This document shows positions 36,585 through 47,865 of a stretch of 64,000 nucleotides of DNA, in pieces. The notes under the pieces are model-generated. The model saw only the letters and a list, made by a program, of their open reading frames with translations. It ran no database searches and was not told the DNA's origin. Made by a program: the position numbers and the translations under genes. Source of the stretch: Octopus bimaculoides. Lineage: Eukaryota. The DNA is taken from positions 40,184,495 through 40,248,494 of the forward strand of contig NC_068986.1 of the NCBI RefSeq assembly GCF_001194135.2. Direction: 5' to 3'. Position 1 is the first letter of the stretch, and each line of letters begins with the position of its first letter.

Positions 36585-38129
36585 GGTACGTAGATGTTCA
36601 ACCACGAGTTTGATAAATTTAACGGTGTAATCACATTTGAAACGGATAATTTAGGACTCTAAAAGCGAGAAGGCCCTCTATTTTATGATATGAAAACAGT
36701 CTGTACAGAACGTAATGAAGGTAGAGGTAAAATGCAATTTTTTCGGGGGTGGGGGGAGAGAAAAATCGCGTTTGTATTAAAAACCTCATGAACGACATCA
36801 TCATTCTCCTTTTTTTTTTTTTTTTTTTTTTTTTGTCCAAAACTCACTAGTCGTGGAGGGTTATCTCGACAATGTAACTGTGTTGGTTATTACGTGTTTG
36901 AGATGCAAGCCACAGAATTGCCTTTTGGATGCTATTCGTCGTTGAGTGTAATCCGTTCGAGTGATGTACTTCAACTGCTATTTCAAAAATGCTTAGAAGA
37001 TACACTACAACTAGGTACGGAATGATGAGATTTCACTGTCGTCGATTCTGGCGCAATTTAGTCTCTCCTTTTTAGGAGATTAACTTTTGAATGTTACTAG
37101 AAGAATCTGACATTTTGGTGTTGATACATCGTTTGAAATAGAGAACGAAGGGTCAGTTCCGAAACGCCAAACTCTTCATCTCCTCATTGCAAACTTATCC
37201 AAACTCAAAAACTTTTACATGACATATTGTTTGAACTAGGCTGTTAAAGCGAATATGGTATTAAACAATCAGATCTTAAGTATTGGTTGCAAACCCACTG
37301 AAAGTATTTTGTTGTAATTTGGAACATTTACCCCTAATTTTATATGCCTCAGTTCATCTAACTGGCTCGAATGGTTACTAGGTCTTTTGGGAATGTAATT
37401 TGAGATTAGACTTATCATTCATGTGTTTACAGTATGAAGCCGGAATTAAAACACCGGAGGCATTTATGAGCTTTTAGAATCTCTGGAGTATTCACATGTA
37501 TATTTATATTACATACATGTGTATACTGGTTTTATATTTACTTAAAGTGACTTTGTTTTGACCAGGTGTTCAAACATCTCATAGCTCGAACGCCTGTGTA
37601 TAATTAATACATACGGAGGAGGTCTTTTGTGTTGCACTTAAAAATTTTAATTTCGAAATTGTTTGCATTCATTCACACGATGCTTGGAAAATGTTAACAT
37701 ATGCAAAATATTGGACATTAGTGAAGTAACATTTCTAAATATTAAAATCGGTGTCTGTATGGTGACTTTGCACTTGTGAATTTATCTGTTAAACACATAA
37801 ACTTCAGTCATCAGAGATGATATTGACTTTTTTGATGTTCATTTAATCTCGGTCTCATGTTGCATGACTTTGGTGTACTTATCTAAATGGGTTTGCTTGA
37901 ATTTCTATATTCTATTTCTTTTCTTTCACTTGTTTGTGTGTGAGAGTGTGATAGAGTATTGGATAAATACATTCGTTCAGATCGTATTTCATTTGTGAGT
38001 AAGCATATTTATGTCCTACCTGTCCATTAGTAGGAAAAGACTGATTTTCCTTTGTTTTTCGCAGATAAAGCAAAAAAAAAAAAAAAAAAAAAAAAGAGAG
38101 ATAGAGAGAACTATTGTAATGTTAGAAAC

Positions 38130-38930
38130 AGTATTATCAAACTGCTTGTAGTTACAAAGATTTTATGCTCTGAGTTCAAATCCAGCCATGGACTTTCATA
38201 TTTCCGGCATCGATAAAATATAGTGCTATATAAAAATACTGGAATCGATTTAATCGGCTATACTCTCGCTCAGAATTTGAGGCCTCGTGATAATGTTAGA
38301 AATCAGCATAAAATTTTATCTAATTATTGTTATTATTTTCTTGAATGAGGGCAACGAGATGGCAAGATCGTTAGAACGTCAGAATGAATTACCGGTGGTA
38401 TTTCTCCCAGCTCTTTATGCTCTGGGCTTTATTCCACCGAGGTCAACTTTTCCTTTCATTCTTTCGGGGTCGATGAAATAAAGAACCTGCCAAGTACTGG
38501 AATCGATGATAGACCAGCCCCTTGCCCCTAAATTTCAAGCCTGGTGACTATAGTAGAAAGGATTATTATTTTCTTAAGTGAAGGTGGTAGGATCGTTAGA
38601 ATGTCAAAAGTAATGTCTTGGGTTATTTCTCTCAGCTGTTTATGCCCTGGGTTTTCTTTTACCGAGGTCGACTTCACCTTTTATTCCTTTCGGGATCGTT
38701 GAAAGAAAGTACCACTTAAGTACTGGGTCGATGTTATCGACAAAGTCCTTCTCTTAAAACTGTTGAATTTGTGCCTAAATCAGAAACGATGGTTATTTTC
38801 TTGAGTTTATACTCCACTGAGAGTTCAGGGTCGACAAAATAAGCACCAGTCAAATACTGAGGTTAAATTATTTTACAATTGACTGCTTCCCATCATCAAA
38901 TTTGTAGCTCTGTTCCCAGGTTACAAATTG
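38130..38930 (+). mobile_element. Head-to-tail run of about four old family A SINEs
   Basis: Repeated GAGGTC(G/A)ACTTT..CCTTTCAT..GG(G)TCGAT(A/G)AAAT..AGTACTGG..TCGAT modules near 38170, 38430, 38660 and 38825. Confidence 0.75.
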
Positions 38931-39289
38931 TAAAATATAGCATTAAAAAAAAATCTTTATAAGATATCTCTTTGCCGGACTGCCTGAGTGGAGTCGATGA
39001 ATGCTTTTGCTTTTCAGCCATTCGATGTCAAATATTATGGTCTTCTCTCACTGCAGGTTGTGGCCTTCTTGCGTATGTTGTGGTTAAGTAGTAACAACAA
39101 AATAGGTTTATGTTTGAAAAATATATAAACTTTTACTGCAAAGTTTTTGAGTTGTAATTCAGTCTACGAATGTATCTAACCGTCCTGTCTTGATTGAATA
39201 CAACTAGACTAAAATGCTGAAGTTATTGTGACAAGGATTCAGGTATCTTTTTTTTCACTATTACAGTATTACTCTGCGCATATACTATA

Positions 39290-39481
39290 CAGTAATCACT
39301 CGTCATATCGCGCACTCAGTAAATCGCGGATTTTTCTGGCTAATATATGTAAATTTATATCGCGGACTCCTCAGTATATCGCGGGTTTCTGCGGCCGATA
39401 GGTATTTATATTTTTTTAGATTTTAATTATTTCTGTGGGAAGTTTTAGAACGTAACACCCGCGATAGTCGAGGGATTACTG
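39290..39481. mobile_element. pogo/Tigger-type MITE (192 bp), TA-flanked
   Basis: TIRs CAGTAATCACTCGTCATATCGCG / CGCGATAGTCGAGGGATTACTG; TA at 39288-39289 and 39482-39483; internal TATCGCGG repeats. Confidence 0.85.
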
Positions 39482-40265
39482 TATATGTATATATTTATGA
39501 ATTTTTATATATACTCAATGTGTTATATATCGTATGGTTTCACATGGGAAAAGGTGTGTGCATGCGCACACGTACATATAGTTATGAATATATGTGTTGT
39601 GTTAAATTTCTCCTCTTCCTTGCAGCAAAATAATTTATTCCACTTTGCTGACTTTCTGTTACATTTTTGCCGACTCAGTCCATTACTAGTTTCCTCTAAT
39701 TCTACTGTTTCACTTTGATCTAAATCTTTATGTGGGTTGTGTATATGATGTTTTGAGCAACTAAACTACCCACGAGATCCATGCTGTGGTTTCATGGATA
39801 GCTAGTTATAACGTACGCACATATATATATATATACATAGAATTTAATTTTTGTAAAGACACCTATGTACACACGCATACATTCTATTCATACTCACATT
39901 TTAGAAACATAGCATTAAAAAAAAAAAAATCAGACTATTCCATTCAGTTTGTAATTCAATTTGCGATTCTACGATAGCTCTCTGTATCCTTACCTACCTC
40001 ACCCACGAACAGTTTCCTCTTTAAACAAATTTCAAACTGAAATAAAATTAAATACAAAAAAAGAAAAAGTTTGAAAAATAACAAATCTGAATTCTCATCT
40101 TTGATTCACTTACTACTGCTATGTAATTTACAAAAATAACCCACTGATATTTGGCCGGGGTGGGGTTTTTTTTTTGTTATTGTTGTGCTCTTCGTTACCA
40201 CAGCACAACTGTGCTATATTATTCGTCTAAATTAATCCGGAATCTTTTCTTTGATAGCGATTTAA

Positions 40266-40494
40266 TCCTTTGCCTGTCCCATGTATCACATGTAATATAC
40301 AGAGCGTACTACCCTGGTGTCCGTGCATCGTATATGATACACATTTCCATTTTTTTTTTTCGACCAATAAAGAGTAATTTGAGACTTGTGAAAGGAAAGC
40401 TTTATATTATTCAGAACGTATGACACAAGAGCTTTGCTAAAAGCCAGAAAACAAGCATGGGCGTTTAGGACAAATTATTTGGATAGATAAAGGG
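40266..40494. mobile_element. piggyBac-type MITE family 2 (229 bp)
   Basis: TTAA-TCCTTTGCC ... ATAAAGGG-TTAA; homologous copies at 47046-47236 (inverted) and 47664-47865. Confidence 0.75.
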
Positions 40495-40964
40495 TTAACA
40501 ATATTCCCCTGTCCCATTTTTGTTGAGGATGTTCTTTCTGAGTGACTCGGGCATTGCAGCGACCCGGCAGCTTGTTTGTGAAAATAACCCACGGAGGAGC
40601 GTTTCATCTATAAGAGCACTGGTTTAAAACCATCAGAGATATGCTCGCATGATCTGATCGCAACAACTCCACCTATACGCGATATTAATTTGATTGTTAC
40701 AATTGTACCATGGATCTATGATGGCTCCCGCTTGGTTGTTAAAACAAATGGATTTACCTGCTCATTGAATTACCGTGTAAGTGGCTGAACATTCGACAAT
40801 CATTTGAACTTTTTAATTACCAGTACCGTCTACCCAATTTCTCTCAGAAGATTTGGGTTGAACAGAGGTAATAGAAAAATGACAGTTGTTCAAAATGATA
40901 CACTGGTTTCGAACCCAAGAACTCGAATTTAACCATTCGGCCATCACACACACACACACATATT

Positions 40965-41170
40965 ACCTTTATATTATAGGCATAAGGCTTGAAATTTTGT
41001 GGGAGGGAGCTAGTCTATCACTTTGACCCCAGTGTTCAATTGGTACTATATTTCATTGGCCCTGAAAGATGAAAGGAAAAGTCAACCTCGGCGGCATTTG
41101 TACTCTGAAGGTAAAGATTGACAAAATGCTCCCGCTAACCATTTTGTCCAGTCTACTAACAATTCTGCCT
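40965..41170 (-). mobile_element. SINE family A (diverged)
   Basis: CATAAGGCTTGAAATTTTG...CCCCAGTGTTCAATTGGTAC...GAAAGGAAAAGTCAACCTCGGCGG. Confidence 0.75.
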
Positions 41171-42074
41171 TTCACACACACACACGCGCATGCATGCATA
41201 TATATATATATATATATATATGACGGCGTGGTTGCAGCAGCAATGCTTTTGATTTGCTGCTAAACAACCTATCAATCATTGGTTAAGCAAGAGAGAGTCG
41301 ATGACTAATTCTCTAACACTGTATCATATAAGGGGAACCTAGGTAAGCCGTAGAATTTTCAAAAATCTAATTTAAAACTTTAGAAGATTCATATTAATGC
41401 TTGAGCGTCTGGAAGAAACCTGTAATTCCTTATTTTTGTTTATTAAAGGTAAGCAGTGAGGTTTCTGAAGCCCTTATGCGAAATGCGCTAGTCATTTAAA
41501 AAAAAAAAAATTAATCTCCAGCTGTGAATACTTCGATGCAGTCGCTCGACCTGCTACCATCAGCAGCTAAATGATTCACTAACGTCACCTTAGTACCCTT
41601 TCTAAACAAAGAAGAGAAAAAAAAGGATGTTTGGATAATGTAATGTCAGCTACACCAAATCTGAAAAGAAGAAAAAAAGAAAAACATTAATTCACTAGCA
41701 ACGAAGTCTGTTTGATCAACATCAACCAGACATAGCTAAGTAGACATACGATCAGATACCGAAATAATGTATCTTTTTATTCCCAATGTATCTTTATTGA
41801 TAAAATTGGTGTGCTATGAGGTAAAATATTATTCACAGTTACTGCTTATTGGGCGTTTTTTTTCTTTCTTTTTCATCTTCTATCATCATTGTCGTCGCCT
41901 GTTTATTTTAAGCCGGCAGTCTAACGCGGCAACATCAATGTAATGGGGAAACTATAGAGAAGCCTCGAAATATGGATGATATATACAGACGTATTTTGTC
42001 TTCGTCCTTCGCATACTTCATATTTTTTTTTTTTGCACTATAAAAAAATGTAATTATTTGGATAATAGTTTTAT

Positions 42075-42410
42075 TCTTTTATCGTGAACTGCGACCATGC
42101 TGGGGCACTGCCTTGAAGTCGAATAAATCGACTCCAGGATTTCTATCGGTTTATTTTGTCAAACTGTTGAGTTACAGGCTCGTAAACAGAGCAAGACCGG
42201 TCGTCAAGCAATGATGGGTGGATGGGTGGGGGGAAACAGACACAAAGATACCGGCCGGGCTTCTTTCAGTTTCCGTCTACCAAATCCACTCACAATGCTT
42301 TGGTCGGCCCGAGGCTATAGTAGAAGACACTTGCCCAAGGTTCCACGCAGTGGTACCGAACCCGTAACCATGTTGTTGGGAAGCAAGTTTCTTGCCACAC
42401 AGCCACGTCT
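42075..42410 (-). mobile_element. SINE family B1 lacking an expanded internal microsatellite
   Basis: Tail and head match 23901-24330 in reverse. Confidence 0.82.
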
Positions 42411-45166
42411 GCGCAAGTCTTGATATTCTTTTGTTTCACTCATTTGACTGCCTCCTTGCTGGAGCACCGCCTTGAAAATTTTTTTAATGATTCATCCTGT
42501 GTTTCTTAAAGAGTTGTTTACTCGTCAAATGTTTGCCTCACTCAAAGTTAAGTCGAAGCCTCGAAATAAGCTTCACAATATATAAAAAAAAAGTGTCATT
42601 ATTTTATTGGGTTTCCAAAATATTTCCACTGGTTTTTGTTGTCGTTTCCATGCCATCATATTCGATTTCTATCGAATTCAAAGTTTTATCTAAATTGTAA
42701 CAACTCCAGTGTAGCATTTGTAATATTAAACTTCTGTGTCTCTGATATGAAGATAGAAAATATTCTAATTACTTTTCTGCATTTTACTGTGTTTTTCATA
42801 TATTTGTGTTTTGTGGTTGATCACATACAAAACCTCCTCGCCGCTCTACATGCTAGAAGTAGCAGTCAAATCCCTTTAAAATCATTCTATATAATCTATT
42901 CTTAAGTACACTATACCGAGGAAAAAGACGTGATGATCACGACTGGAATACCTTTTTTCGGTCATAAGTCTGCTCGATCAGGGCTGATTTGAGGCTACAC
43001 TCAACATGCAAATAGGATAAATGCTGCCTATATCCTCGTTTATCGCGGATACATTCATCACTGATTCAAGATAACACGTTACAATAATTCTGAACCGTGT
43101 TATGCTTATCGCGAATTGATCTGTGATAACACGGATCGTCGGTCGGTCAAAGATTCTGCTCTGATCTCAGCGACCATCTACAATGCTCAGTAAAACTTGG
43201 GGTCTCGGAACTAACTTATTGTCCCCCATTATTCATTTATCACTTATTCATTTAACACGGTAGTTTTGGGAACTAAACACCCACGTTAAACGAGGATAGA
43301 TGTAATAAATACTTGCAGAAGGGGTTCCTGGATACAGTATGAATGGGGGAGGGCAATTCTTTTATTATTACTTCGTTATTACTTTTAGTAAGTACGCAGG
43401 CTTATTACATTACTTCTGTGTTTAATGGCAGTCTTCCATAACGCATTTTATCACTTCGGACAACTAACTATTCCTTTTAACTTGAAATTTTTATTTTGTT
43501 TATATTTTATATTATCCTACCCACTTTTTTTCTTTCTTAATTCTTTATCTTTTTTTTAACAACCTACAAAAGTAGAATGGTTGAAGATAGAATACTTATT
43601 TTTTTCTTCGTGGGGGCAACTCCCTGCCGCAAAAGCTGATAAGGAAACTATGCTTAATTGATAAAGGATGTTGTTGGTAGGGTTTACTTTTTGTTTCACT
43701 CCACTCCAGCTTTTTAATATAGCTTGGAGAAATGTCATGGTTAGTTAGAATAATTTCTTTTGACATTCATTATGAATAAAAGATATTTTACTGAATGTTC
43801 TATCAAATTGATTTTCTTTTTTGTTTTTACTTAACACTTCAGTACATCTTATCCTCCATACAGCTGGGTTTATTATACAGGCCTGTGTGAAATAAAACAT
43901 TTCATGGCATATTTTTTTAATTCTTTATATAGTATTTATTTATTTATTGTTAGTCGTTCCCCCCCNNNNNNNNNNTCCTTCTGCGAATTTTACAGCTGTA
44001 GCATTTAACTTCTAAGTTATATAGATAATTTAACAATCTTCTTACAACACCGTAAACCATTCACTACAGTAATTACTGGGCTTTTGAACAGGTAGATCAA
44101 CCACACTACTACTGCTGGTTTATTTTTCTCTGCATCACACGCCAAAGTTTTCTGACCTAGAAAACCATAGTTAACCTTTGCCGTTGCACTCAAAATGATC
44201 AAATTGTTTTGACAGAATATGGCATGCAAAAGCTATTGGACGTCTCTTATCTTAGAGATTATGATCCCAGAATCAATTACTTGGATCTAGAGCTTTCTTC
44301 TTCCTAAATCTCCTATATCTAATTGCATCACTAATAACTCTGAACGCCAGCAATTCAGGTATCCTTAAAAGCCTCTTCGTGGCTTTCTTTCATCCTATCG
44401 CTTGCTTTCTAGCAATCTCTGCTTGTATCAAACAATTTCTTGGCTATTGATATAATCCCTTATTTCCAAGCGTTAGTTTTGTTCTATTTCCAACTAACAT
44501 CAGCTGTTCCTGCCAGACATCCAGTGATCCTGCTAGAGAAAGTTTTTAGACTTCTCCGTGAATTTGGCGATGGAAATTCGTGATATTTATTATAAAAATG
44601 TAAGGTAAATAGAATAGCACAAATGGAAATTAAAACAACTTCTCCGTGAAAACTTCCATTTAACAGTGTTTGTCTTATACAATTCTTACAAAGAGAAAAT
44701 AGTTTAAGTTCAGTGTGATTTATTTGCCTCGAGTTATGCCATACTGATGATTCGAAATAAGGATGAAATAGTGCTATGCATGACTACAAGCGATTGGAAA
44801 TTTTATAGCGTTCATAATGCGTAGGAGAAAAACAAACGTTAAACGATTATATTCTATGTATCATTTTCGTTACTCCTTGATTTAGAATTCGGCATACTTA
44901 AACAAGTATGCCCCAACCCGATTTTGTTTCCTCACGACTTTAAAAAAAATGAATATTTTTTGATGAAATTTTCAACAAAAATCTTTCTGGTGGTGTAGAT
45001 TTCGGTTGTATCGGAATTTGTTGTGAAAATCTTTTTCAGAGTGTGGCGTATAGGAGTTTCGAATAATTCACACTAGTTGACTTAAGTTCATAACTTTAAG
45101 AAAAACGGCTATTTTTAAATGAAACTTTCTACAAATACCTGTCAGATGGTGTAGATTACGATTTTA

Positions 45167-46120
45167 GGATCTTTTTTAAAACGGGGGCCACATTTTTCAT
45201 TAACGAAACACTTTGAAACTTGGAACACTGGTAGAATGTGTCATATAAAACATCTTTTTCTCTCAGTCTTCTTAAAAAAAAAGAAATCCCTAAGTTATTC
45301 CATGTTAAAGTTGTCGTATTTCTGTAATTTCAACCAATCACTGACGTCCATTCAGCCGATATACATTAAGTGCCGACTACATAAACAAACGATTCTGAAA
45401 CAATTCTATCGGTGTTAGGGTTAGGGTAAAACAGCAAATTTAAAAAGAAAAAAGCAAAACGAAGCTATGGAAATTAAATACGCTTTACACCGCTTAATCA
45501 GCCAAAGGAGTNNNNNNNNNNNNNNNNNNNNNNNNNNNNNNNNNNNNNNNNNNNNNNNNNNNNNNNNNNNNNNNNNNNNNNNNNNNNNNNNNNNNNNNNN
45601 NNNNNNNNNNNNNNNNNNNNNNNNNNNNNNNNNNNNNNNNNNNNNNNNNNNNNNNNNNNNNNNNNNNNNNNNNNNNNNNNNNNNNNNNNNNNNNNNNNNN
45701 NNNNNNNNNNNNNNNNNNNNNNNNNNNNNNNNNNNNNNNNNNNNNNNNNNNNNNNNNNNNNNNNNNNNNNNNNNNNNNNNNNNNNNNNNNNNNNNNNNNN
45801 NNNNNNNNNNNNNNNNNNNNNNNNNNNNNNNNNNNNNNNNNNNNNNNNNNNNNNNNNNNNNNNNNNNNNNNNNNNNNNNNNNNNNNNNNNNNNNNNNNNN
45901 NNNNNNNNNNNNNNNNNNAATGTATATCGGCTGAATGGACGTCAGTGATTGGTTGAAATTACAGAAATACGACAACTTTAACATGGAATAATTTATGGAT
46001 TTCTTTTTTTTTAAAGAAGACTAAGAGAAAAAGATGTTTTATATGACACATTCTACCAGTGTTCCAAGTTTCAAAGTGTTTCGTTAATGAAAAATGTGGC
46101 CCCCGTTTTAAAAAAGATCC
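45167..46120. repeat. ~200-bp inverted repeat pair (45167-45367 / 45919-46120) flanking a TTAGGG-containing spacer and an N gap
   Basis: By-eye reverse-complement comparison shows only about 4-5 differences; 37-bp direct copy of the right-arm end at 46182-46218. Confidence 0.9.
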
Positions 46121-47045
46121 CAAAATAGATAAGTATACGAAGTTTGAAAGTCTTTCGGTACCAAAAACACTACGTAAAACATTAATGAAAAATGTGGCCC
46201 CCGTTTTAAAAAAGATCCCGATTTTATTGGAATTTAATGTAAAACATAGAATAAGTACTAGGCTTACAAAGAATAAGTCCTGGGGTCGAGTTGTTCAACT
46301 AAAGGCGGTGCTCCAGCATGGCCGCAGTCAAATGACTGAAGCAAATAAAAGAATATAAAATTTATATTGGTACATCATATTGAATAAGAGAAAATCGAAA
46401 CAATTTTGAATATCTTGGCAAATTGTTCCTCTTTAAATCAATAAATAAAATATAGTGTACATTACATTTCAGTATAGAAGCAACTCGACTTCCTGTTACA
46501 ATATATGTTACAATATATGTTAAAATAATTGTTGAATTACAGCTTTCCCGTATATTTTCATCATTGAATAGATGGAGAAAACTCCACTTTTCTTCATAGA
46601 TTTAATGTGGTGTAACATGTAAATTAAAACATCAATAATTTTGAAGATGGTTTAGAAAGGTGTTTGAGAATGCTTGTTTTACTTTTTTTTAATATAGTGT
46701 CTTAATTAGTTTGTACAAATATTTTCTTTAAAAATGTAAAATACCCCTCACCACCATCACTACAAATGAGGAAAAAAAAGATGGCAAGATATAAAATCAA
46801 TTGAAACCATTTAAACCGATACATAGAGTAGGTATCCATGATCAACCATAAAGATGTACGATAAAAGATGAAGATACAATTAACTATCAAAATTAGAATT
46901 GTTGTTGTTGCAAGAGATATAATGCAAGATTTTATTTTATAAAAATTTCTTCTATAAAGCTCCTTATAATTCTAGATTTTTTTCTAAAAATTAAAACACA
47001 AAGTTAGAAATGCAGTAATAGAAATGGTTTCCCAAGATGTTTTAA

Positions 47046-47236
47046 CCCTTTTTGCCTGTCTAAAGCATTTCCCTGAACGTCCATTCTTGTTTTCAGACTT
47101 TTACTTAGCCCTTGTTTCATACGTTCTCAGTAACATAAAAATTTCCTTTCAAAATTCCAATTTTTTTCAACTTCTAGAATGATGAATGTACGCCGGGGTA
47201 ACATGCCCTGTGTATCATGCTATATACGGGACAGGT
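47046..47236. mobile_element. piggyBac-type MITE family 2, inverted copy
   Basis: TTAA-CCCTTTTTGCC start; reverse complement aligns to 40266-40494. Confidence 0.65.
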
Positions 47237-47663
47237 TTAATACGAAGTTGAATATTTTGGATCATTTAGGCTGTTATATACCAGATAGAATCTAGCATAA
47301 AATCAGTATGAATATCTGCATTTGTGTGGAAATGCAATCCCAAAACGTCGGATCTGCTTTGTCAAGCGGAAAATATCCAATATTTCATCTATTAAGTTCA
47401 AGAAAGAAATAAGAAGGTTTTTTTTTTTTAAAGACTTTTTTCTTATTTTGCTAAAGTTGTCGAATAAGCAACGGCTACATTCACCCAATTTACAAATGAA
47501 GCGATATAAGTAACTACTAAAACTAATTTAAACTTGGCTAATTACGATTTTATAGACATAAAACAGCACACCTTAGTATTTTTGAGATTTTCGGAGAGTC
47601 CACATGTGTAGCGTAAATATTAATTTCTGAGCTAATAGAGGAGCCTGTGATTAGATTAATTAA

Positions 47664-47865
47664 CCCTTTGCCGCTTGTATATCACATGTAATACACAAGA
47701 CATATTTCCCTGGCGTCCATACATCATATATGATATACATTCTTGTTATACTCAGCTATCTGAGTAACTGGGAACTTATGAAAGAAAGCTTTATATTACT
47801 CAGAAGCTATGAAACAAAGGTTAACTAAAAGTCTGAAAACAAGTATGGACGTTTAGGACTAACCT
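47664..47865. mobile_element. piggyBac-type MITE family 2, right end missing
   Basis: TTAA-CCCTTTGCC...TATCACATGTAATA...GAAAGCTTTATATTA.TCAGAA...GTTTAGGAC colinear with 40266-40470. Confidence 0.7.

Noticed and set aside
37563-37596. Hairpin CAGGTGTTC/GAACGCCTG as a pre-miRNA
   Set aside because: Only ~9 bp of stem; pairing does not extend to pre-miRNA length.
38040-38100. Strong acceptor TTTTCCTTTGTTTTTCGCAG as exon 2
   Set aside because: Followed almost immediately by a poly-A run and SINE sequence; no credible exon or donor.
43092-43138. Hairpin CCGTGTTAT/ATAACACGG as a pre-miRNA
   Set aside because: About 47 nt, too short, and embedded in sequence resembling a decayed pogo/Tigger MITE (TCCTCGTTTATCGCGG, repeated GATAACACG).
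44260-44560. Possible fourth RTE fragment on the minus strand (…KLTLGNKGLYQ…)
   Set aside because: Similarity too weak and interrupted by many stops to support by eye; would need a profile search.
44744-44780. CTGATGA...GAAA hammerhead-like string
   Set aside because: No valid stem II closing pair, G at the cleavage position, and no stem I.
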